From positions 1 through 35,378 of the forward strand of contig JANPLU010000043.1 of assembly GCA_031422435.1 (NCBI GenBank): a stretch of DNA of 35,378 nucleotides, in the 5' to 3' direction. The notes under the pieces are model-generated. The model made no database searches and was not told the origin of the DNA. It was given only the letters and a program-made list of their open reading frames with translations. The position numbers and the translations under genes were made by a program. Positions within the stretch are counted from its first letter, which is position 1, and each line of letters begins with the position of its first letter. The stretch is from Acaryochloridaceae cyanobacterium VAR_48_metabat_390 (GTDB taxonomy: Bacteria > Cyanobacteriota > Cyanobacteriia > Thermosynechococcales > Thermosynechococcaceae). Below, piece after piece: positions 29,110 to 35,378 of this stretch.

Positions 29110-30582
29110 ATGAATGATTTGGTCTTCTATTCAGCGTCTGGGCTTGCCCAAGGCATCCGCGATCGCACTTTCTCTGCCACTGAAGTTTTAGAAGCCCATC
29201 TCGCGCAAATTGCCCAGCACAATCCAGCCCTGAATGCCATTGTCACCGTCAACGAGTCGCAAGCGCGACTTCAGGCACAGGCGGCAGATGCAGCCATTGC
29301 CACAGGTCAGAGTTTAGGTGCGCTGCATGGGGTACCCATCACCTTCAAAGACTTATTTGAAACCGAAGGGTTATGCACGACCTTTGGTTATCAAAGCCTT
29401 GCAGAATATATTCCCTCTAAGGATGTGCCTCTTGTTGCACGGCTACGCGCGGCTGGCGCAATTGTTTTGGGTAAAACCAATCTGCCCGAGGGCGGCGCTG
29501 ATTTCCAGACCGTTAGCTCTGTCTTAGGCCGCACCAACAACCCGTGGGAGTTAACGCGCACACCAGGGGGGAGTACGGGTGGAGGCTGTGCGGCAGTTGC
29601 CGCTGGCCTGTCTCCGCTAGAACTCGGTAATGATCTCGGCGGTTCTCTGCGGATTCCGGCTCACTTTTGTGGCGTGTACAGCCTAAAACCCACCGAAAAT
29701 AGGGTTGCCAGCTCTTTACGAAGCAATCCGCGCACCCTGCGCCACATGATCTCGACAGGCCCCGTCGCTCGTTCAGTGCAAGATTTAAGGCTTTGTCTCG
29801 ACCTCATTGAAGGGTCAGACGGCAGTGAGTGGGATGTTTCGCCCGTTGCACAAGACGAACCGTTGCCTCAGCCTTTATCAAGCTATCGGTTTGCGTGGTG
29901 CGATCGCCTTGATGACTTAACAGCAGATACCCAAACCCAAACGGCGCTTGCAGATTTAGCCCATCAGCTCAGCGCCTCTGGCTGCACCGTCGAGCGCATT
30001 ACGCCCCAATCTTTTAACTTTACCGAAGCCTGGGAAACCTTTGGAGAACTCTGCGCCTGCCAACTGGCGATCAGTCAACCCGCAGCACTGCGGATTGCCG
30101 CCAGCAGCATTGCCAAAGTCTTGCCCCCGCAGTGGATTTCGGGTGGCGCTATTGCGCGAGGCTTTGTGCAGGGCGTCAAGACAGATCTACAGGGCTATAT
30201 GGAACTGCTTACCCGCCGCGATCGCCTCATTACCCAAATGGAGCAGTTCCTGAGCCAGTGGGATGGGTGGCTGTGCCCCGTCACTCCTGGCGCTGCCTTT
30301 ACCCATCGACAAACTTGGTTTCCCCTTCGAGGTGCCTTAGAAGTGGATGACCAAACGCTGCCTTACTGGATGTGGGGACTGGGGTTTACCAGCATTTTTA
30401 GCCTGACCGGCAACCCTGTGGTGACGCTGCCACTCCACACAAATGGATTGCCCATTGGAGTACAGCTTGTGGGACAGCGACGGAAAGATAGGGGACTGCT
30501 GGCGATCGCCCAGTCTCTGTCTGAACTGACCGGAGGATTTCGGCCACCCCCAGGATACTTGGCGCTAAGGGTTCACTATTAG
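29110..30582 (+). CDS. Amidase signature family enzyme
   Basis: LHGVPITFKD (Lys), GKTNLPE, TPGGSTGG, GNDLGGSLRIPAHFCGV (Ser nucleophile), GLPIGVQLVG. Confidence 0.93.
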   Translation: MNDLVFYSASGLAQGIRDRTFSATEVLEAHLAQIAQHNPALNAIVTVNESQARLQAQAADAAIATGQSLGALHGVPITFKDLFETEGLCTTFGYQSLAEYIPSKDVPLVARLRAAGAIVLGKTNLPEGGADFQTVSSVLGRTNNPWELTRTPGGSTGGGCAAVAAGLSPLELGNDLGGSLRIPAHFCGVYSLKPTENRVASSLRSNPRTLRHMISTGPVARSVQDLRLCLDLIEGSDGSEWDVSPVAQDEPLPQPLSSYRFAWCDRLDDLTADTQTQTALADLAHQLSASGCTVERITPQSFNFTEAWETFGELCACQLAISQPAALRIAASSIAKVLPPQWISGGAIARGFVQGVKTDLQGYMELLTRRDRLITQMEQFLSQWDGWLCPVTPGAAFTHRQTWFPLRGALEVDDQTLPYWMWGLGFTSIFSLTGNPVVTLPLHTNGLPIGVQLVGQRRKDRGLLAIAQSLSELTGGFRPPPGYLALRVHY

Positions 30583-30789
30583 GATAAACAGCAGGTATCT
30601 CCCTCAAAGTGCATGAACAACGTAGGATTTATGCAAAAGACAAAATCGTCCCTAAAAATCAGACTGATGAAATCATTTTCAATTCAGAAAAATTTTCAAT
30701 CTTTAGCCCGTTTTTCCGATGGGTGAGATGGTTTATGCTCAGTGTTAAGGTATTAGGCCGGACGAAATATAGGGTTTAATCCAGGGTTT

Positions 30790-31425
30790 ATGGTGGGTCA
30801 AGATTGGATCAACCTTCTCAAACGTCATCGGGTTATTGCGGTCATTCGCACAGAGTCTGTTGCCGTAGGCTTAGCAATGGCAAAGGCAGCGGCGGCAGGC
30901 GGCATTCGTTTAATTGAGGTAACTTGGAATAGCCACCAGCCCACAGCACTCGTTGAGGCATTTCGCGCTGAGCTGCCCCACTGCATCATCGGCTGCGGCA
31001 CAATGCTGAATCAAGAGCAGATTAAAGATGCGATCGCCGCAGGGGCACAGTATGGATTTATGCCCCATGTTGACCCAGCGCTAATTGGCTATGGACGCGA
31101 CCAAGATTGGCCAATTCACCCAGGGGCATTAACCCCCACAGAAATGATGACTGCCTGGAACGCTGGCGCAAGTGGCGTGAAGGTGTTTCCCGTCGCGGCG
31201 ATGGGCGGATGTGAGTATATCCGCAGCTTACAGGGGCCGTTGAGCCATATTCCGCTGATTCCGACGGGCGGGGTGACGTTAGAGAATGCCAAGGAATTTT
31301 TGATGGCTGGGGCGATCGCCGTGGGCTTATCCGGCGAATTATTTCCCCAGTCCGCAATTGCGCGACAGAACTGGGGAGAGATAACTGACCGCGCCCAGCG
31401 GCTGATGCAGTCTCTCGGCTACTGA
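30790..31425 (+). CDS. eda: KDPG/KHG aldolase
   Basis: VIAVIR, GGIRLIEVT, GCGTML, PGALTPTE, VKVFP (Schiff-base Lys), LIPTGGVT. Confidence 0.93.
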   Translation: MVGQDWINLLKRHRVIAVIRTESVAVGLAMAKAAAAGGIRLIEVTWNSHQPTALVEAFRAELPHCIIGCGTMLNQEQIKDAIAAGAQYGFMPHVDPALIGYGRDQDWPIHPGALTPTEMMTAWNAGASGVKVFPVAAMGGCEYIRSLQGPLSHIPLIPTGGVTLENAKEFLMAGAIAVGLSGELFPQSAIARQNWGEITDRAQRLMQSLGY

Positions 31426-31901
31426 AAGAGCTGCTGCTCAATGGCGGCAACTAACTCAGGCGATTCTGGCCCCACCGCACTCTTAAAGCGCCCAACAATT
31501 TCGCCCGTTTTGCCAATCAAAAACTTTTCAAAATTCCAAGACACATCTCCCTTGGGTTCGGCTTGGACAAGCTTGGCGTACAGCGGATGCTGCTCTGCAC
31601 CACGGGCATGCACCTTATCAAACAGCGGAAACGTTACGCTAAAGCGCGTTGAGCAAAACTGCTGAATTTTTTCATTGGCATCTGGCTCCTGCATCCCGTA
31701 GTCGTTACAGGGAAACGCCAGCACTTCTAACCCTTGAGCCTTATATTTTTCGTAGAGTTTCTGTAGACCTGCATATTGCGACGTATAGCCGCAGTAAGAT
31801 GCCACGTTAACAATCAAAAGCACCTTTCCGGCATAGGTGCTAAGCAACTGCTCTTGTCCATCAATCGTCTTGACCGCAATATCCGAAATCGTCATACTCA
31901 T
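31419..31901 (-). CDS. gpx: Cys-type glutathione peroxidase family protein
   Basis: GKVLLIVNVASYCGYT, LAFPCNDYGMQEP, FC (resolving Cys), WNFEKFL. Start ATG at 31901 or 31895. Overlaps the eda 3' end by 7 nt. Confidence 0.93.
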   Translation of the reverse strand: MSMTISDIAVKTIDGQEQLLSTYAGKVLLIVNVASYCGYTSQYAGLQKLYEKYKAQGLEVLAFPCNDYGMQEPDANEKIQQFCSTRFSVTFPLFDKVHARGAEQHPLYAKLVQAEPKGDVSWNFEKFLIGKTGEIVGRFKSAVGPESPELVAAIEQQLFQ

Positions 31902-31963
31902 ACTGGTTGTGGCGTTGCTTATAGAATAAAACAGGTCTATTATATCTGCTGGCATTTCAGCCT

Positions 31964-31999
31964 AAAGCAGGCAAACGAAACAAAATTTGCCTGCTTTTT
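31964..31999. terminator. Terminator-like hairpin between the DUF4870 gene and gpx
   Basis: AAAGCAGGCAAA (31964-31975) / TTTGCCTGCTTT (31986-31997), 12 bp perfect, about 25 nt past the DUF4870 stop. Confidence 0.65.
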
Positions 32000-32021
32000 A
32001 ATCCATTTTGCCAACGCGTTT

Positions 32022-32378
32022 TTACAGAACCCTAAAAATGAATGGGTATCTGAACGGCTGCTCAGAGTTTGTGATACTCTTAATAATTGCAAGAATTGGT
32101 AGTACCCAAGTGGCTAGCAGTATTAGTCCTCCTAAGATCCAACTGAGAGGAATCAGAATGATTGTAATCCATAAAAAACCTGTGATCGCCCCGTATACCC
32201 AGATGTTAAAGTGAAAATTGAGCGATTCTCGCGCACTGTCTTTAATTACAGGATCTTCTGAAAGTAGAAGAATGCCCAATGGAATGCCCGCCGTCAGCAC
32301 TAAGGGACTAAAGAAAATAGCCCCATGACAAAGAGCCGAGAGTAATTTCCGCTTATCAGGATCGTAGGTGGTTTGCAT
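32022..32378 (-). CDS. DUF4870 (Tic20-like) membrane protein
   Basis: MQTTYDPDKRKLLSALCHGAIFF...ARESLNFHFN...FRYPFIFRVL, with three TM segments. ATG at 32378 preferred to the track's 32522. Confidence 0.85.
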   Translation of the reverse strand: MQTTYDPDKRKLLSALCHGAIFFSPLVLTAGIPLGILLLSEDPVIKDSARESLNFHFNIWVYGAITGFLWITIILIPLSWILGGLILLATWVLPILAIIKSITNSEQPFRYPFIFRVL

Positions 32379-32723
32379 GGCAACATCCCTATAACAACAG
32401 CACCATTTCCATATTGAAGCAAGTCTTTTAGAAAAGAAAGGTGGAAAAGACCACCTTTTGGGTGAGCTATCCCTACCCATCCCGCAAAATAATGCTGCTC
32501 CAAGTTTTGAAAGTTGATGCAAAGTCCTAAATAAACCTAACGCTAGACTAGGATTTGATTAGATGCACTGCTGATTTAGGTAATGGATGCTCTTATGGGT
32601 ATTCTCGGAAATGTATTCTCAGAAATATAGTCTCTGAATCCTAACGCATTCAATTTAGAGCTTTATGACGCCATAACGTCATCAACATATTTTATTTTGC
32701 CATTACGCGATGGGACTTTACCA

Positions 32724-33635
32724 ATGTCTGTAACCCCTCTAAAATATGCCTATTTCCCTGGCTGTGTGGCGCAAGGGGCTGGACGGGAGCTATACATGTC
32801 TACTCAAGCACTGACTCATGCGCTTGGCATTGAACTAGTGGAGCTAAAGAAGGCTGCCTGCTGCGGGTCTGGAACCTTTAAAGAAACCTCTCAGCTTTTA
32901 GAAGATACCGTTAACGCCCGCAACATTGCCCTCGCGGAAGAACTCAAGCTGCCACTGCTCACCCATTGCAGCACCTGTCAGGGGGTGATTGGTCATGTAG
33001 ACGAGCGGCTAAAGAATGCAAAAGACAATCAGCCTGACTATCTTAATGAAGTGAACGGCCTCTTGAAAGAGCAGGGCTGTAGCCCTTATCAGGGCAGTAC
33101 AGAAGTGAAACATTTACTCTGGGCAATTGTAGGGGATTATGGCCTAGATCGCCTTGCTACTCATGTTAAGCATCGCCTCAGCGGGCTGAAGTGCGCGGCT
33201 TTTTATGGGTGTTACCTCCTGCGATCGCAGAAAACCCTTCCCTTTGATGACCCCGTGCATCCCTCTTCAATGGAGCGCGTGTTTGAAACCATTGGCGCAA
33301 CGCCCATCTACTACTCAGGCCGCACCCAGTGCTGTGGGTGGCCCATTGCCAGCTACGCCCCAGAACAGTCTTTTAAGATCGCAGGGGGACGCATTCAGGA
33401 GGCGATCGCTGCTGGAGCCGACTGCTTAGTTACGCCCTGCCCTCTGTGCCATCTCAACCTAGACTCCCGCCAGCCCGAAGTCGAAAAAACCATTGGTCAA
33501 AAGCTAGGGCTACCCATCCTGCATCTCCCCCAGCTCATTGGATTAGCTCTCGGCCTAGAGCCAAAACAGCTGGGACTAGAGCGCCATATCGTCTCCACCC
33601 ATCCCGTTCTACAAAAGCTAGGATTGTCGTCGTAG
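32724..33635 (+). CDS. HdrB-like CCG-domain Fe-S protein (probable SdhE/C-type partner of cyanobacterial succinate dehydrogenase)
   Basis: YAYFPGC, ACCGSG, HCSTC, FYGCYLLR, QCCG, TPCPLCHLNLD, forming two CCG domains. ATG at 32724. The functional role is inference. Confidence 0.88.
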   Translation: MSVTPLKYAYFPGCVAQGAGRELYMSTQALTHALGIELVELKKAACCGSGTFKETSQLLEDTVNARNIALAEELKLPLLTHCSTCQGVIGHVDERLKNAKDNQPDYLNEVNGLLKEQGCSPYQGSTEVKHLLWAIVGDYGLDRLATHVKHRLSGLKCAAFYGCYLLRSQKTLPFDDPVHPSSMERVFETIGATPIYYSGRTQCCGWPIASYAPEQSFKIAGGRIQEAIAAGADCLVTPCPLCHLNLDSRQPEVEKTIGQKLGLPILHLPQLIGLALGLEPKQLGLERHIVSTHPVLQKLGLSS

Positions 33636-33677
33636 GGTGCCAAAGGCATCACATCTAACCTAAAGCAGCATCCCACC

Positions 33678-35378
33678 ATGATTCGGCTTCAACCTTGGCA
33701 GTGGATTGTTCTGGCGCTTCCGTTTGTGGCAGTGCTGGGGTTTTTAGGGTTTGCCGCAGGACAGCAAATTCATCAGTGGCACCTGAACTGGATTTGGGCG
33801 GTCATTGCGGTTTTCTTGGTGGGATGGCGCTGGCTACTGGTGCGCTGGCTGCATTCTCCAGCCCTTGCTGAGGCTGAAGCCGCTCTATCCGAACTGGGCG
33901 AATCCCCTGTCCCCCTTGCGGGGAACCGTAATGCTGCTGCCCGTCAGCAAGCCGAAGCTCAAATTCAGCAGACGCTTCAGCTTGCCCAAGCCGATGGCCC
34001 ACCCTGGGAAAACTGGGGCTTATTTTTTCAGCACTGCCAAACACTGGTTGAGGCGATCGCCCTCATCTACCACCCCCAATCTAAGCGGCCTTTACTCAAC
34101 ATCTATGTGCCCCAAGCCTATAGCCTTATTCGCGGCACCGTTGATGACGTAGACCAGTGGATGCAAAAACTTTCGCCCATTTTAGGACAGGTGACGATTG
34201 GTCAAGCCTTTGAAGCCTACAAAACCTATCAAAAGCTAGCGCCAGCCGCGCAACTAGCGCTCAAGGCGTGGAACTGGGCGCAGTGGGTGTTTAACCCCTT
34301 AGTGGCTCTTGCCCGCACCGCCACCCAAGGATACAGCACTCAAGCCAACCAGCAGCTGGTGATGAACCTCGGGCAGATTCTACGAGAAACGACTCTTAGG
34401 GCATTAGGAGAACGGGCGATCGCCCTCTACAGCGGCGAAACCCTTCAGCCTCTTACCTTCAGCGAACCCCCACCCGAACCCCAGACCCAAACCCTGCGCG
34501 AACTATTTATCCAAGCTGCCACCCCGTCCCAACCTGAGCAAAAGCCCCTAAATGTGCTGCTGCTGGGACGAACCGGAGCCGGCAAAAGCAGCCTGGTCAA
34601 CACGCTGTTTCAGCAAGAGCTGGCAAAAGTAGACATACTGCCCAGCACTGACCGTCTCCAATCCTACACCTTCCAAACTCCGACGGGCGAAACCCTACTA
34701 CTGTGGGATTCACCCGGTTACGAACAGGTAAAGCAGGCGCAGTACGCTCAAGCATTGCTGACAAACGCAGCAACCGCAGACGTTGCACTCTTGGTGACGC
34801 CTGTAAATGACGCTGCGCTGCAAATGGATTTAGCGCTACTCACCCTCATTCATCAGCACAACCCAGATTTACCCATCCTCACCGTCGTCACGCAAGTTGA
34901 TCGCCTTCGACCCCTACGAGAATGGGCACCACCCTACAATTGGCAGAATGGCGATCGCCCCAAAGAGCAAAACGTTCGGGAGGCCGTCCAATACCGAGCC
35001 AACTTACTCCAGCCTTTCAGCGCCACCGTGCTGCCCCTCGTGACCGAAGACAATACCCAAGGACGACTCGCCTGGGGCGTACCCGCACTATCTCAAGCCC
35101 TTCTGGATACCGTTGAGCCAGCCCAACAGCTTCGGCTGAGCCGATTTCTACGAGATTTGGACGCCCGTACTCATACTGCTGCGACCCTCATTGATCGCTA
35201 CGCCTTCCAGATGGGCACTGCTCAGGGCATCGCCGCTCTGGTTAAAAGCCCTGCTCTCAAGTTTTTGTCTACCTTTTTAACCGGATCTCCAGCCCTAGCG
35301 ATCATCCTTGCCGAAAAATTGCCCATTGAGCAATCCCCCGTGGTGCTAAGCAAATTGCAAATGGCCTATGAGCTATAC
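33678..35378 (+). CDS. Membrane-anchored P-loop GTPase (Era/MMR_HSR1-like), 3'-truncated by the window edge
   Basis: Manual translation from ATG 33678 gives MIRLQPWQWIVLALP... with two N-terminal TM segments, G1 GRTGAGKSS, G3 DSPG and G4-like TQVD. The frame stays open to the window end. Absent from the ORF track. Confidence 0.9.
   Translation, partial: MIRLQPWQWIVLALPFVAVLGFLGFAAGQQIHQWHLNWIWAVIAVFLVGWRWLLVRWLHSPALAEAEAALSELGESPVPLAGNRNAAARQQAEAQIQQTLQLAQADGPPWENWGLFFQHCQTLVEAIALIYHPQSKRPLLNIYVPQAYSLIRGTVDDVDQWMQKLSPILGQVTIGQAFEAYKTYQKLAPAAQLALKAWNWAQWVFNPLVALARTATQGYSTQANQQLVMNLGQILRETTLRALGERAIALYSGETLQPLTFSEPPPEPQTQTLRELFIQAATPSQPEQKPLNVLLLGRTGAGKSSLVNTLFQQELAKVDILPSTDRLQSYTFQTPTGETLLLWDSPGYEQVKQAQYAQALLTNAATADVALLVTPVNDAALQMDLALLTLIHQHNPDLPILTVVTQVDRLRPLREWAPPYNWQNGDRPKEQNVREAVQYRANLLQPFSATVLPLVTEDNTQGRLAWGVPALSQALLDTVEPAQQLRLSRFLRDLDARTHTAATLIDRYAFQMGTAQGIAALVKSPALKFLSTFLTGSPALAIILAEKLPIEQSPVVLSKLQMAYELY

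Larger units (their letters stand above)
2016..34960. repeat. HIP1 octamer GCGATCGC, dispersed
   Basis: About 45-50 copies by eye (e.g. near 2016, 3578, 10638, 15130, 22193, 28142, 33402), versus fewer than one expected by chance in 35 kb. Confidence 0.95.

Noticed and set aside
28475..30582. Uma2 nuclease plus amidase as a defence system
   Set aside because: Uma2 paralogs are abundant and scattered in cyanobacteria. There is no methylase, ATPase or mobile-element context.
31780..31810. Selenocysteine in the glutathione peroxidase
   Set aside because: The active-site codon is TGC (Cys), and there is no in-frame TGA.
7909..33635. comB, cofG and hdrB as a 'methanogen-cofactor' system
   Set aside because: The three genes are 7-16 kb apart in unrelated contexts. 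Each family is common in cyanobacteria, and partners (comA, cofH, hdrA/C) are absent from the window.
33802..35116. Short track ORFs at the right end
   Set aside because: Shadow frames within the long GTPase ORF starting at 33678.

Overview
Cyanobacterial chromosomal segment. Evidence: apcE, vipp1, cyanobacterial rbp and Uma2 genes, and roughly 45-50 copies of the HIP1 octamer GCGATCGC counted by eye. It holds about 33 mostly housekeeping CDSs. Two are truncated by the window edges and missing from the ORF track: apcE at the left and a membrane-anchored GTPase at the right. One 58-aa membrane microprotein (14225-14401, minus) falls below the track's apparent size limit. I see no tRNA, rRNA, CRISPR array, transposase, prophage or defence island, and I cannot support a complete novel multi-gene system. 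The most unusual signals are non-coding or small: (1) a ~170-bp nested inverted-repeat element with a potential kissing or alternative pairing just after vipp1; (2) a 19-bp perfect palindrome in front of murQ; (3) the unannotated microprotein; (4) an orphan Nif11-type peptide; (5) a terminator-like hairpin in the leader of a DUF4870 gene, with a 14-bp tandem repeat in the shared divergent promoter; (6) a loose murQ/CAP/LD-carboxypeptidase cell-wall cluster bracketed by two PRC-barrel genes. All family assignments are by motif recognition, with no database search.
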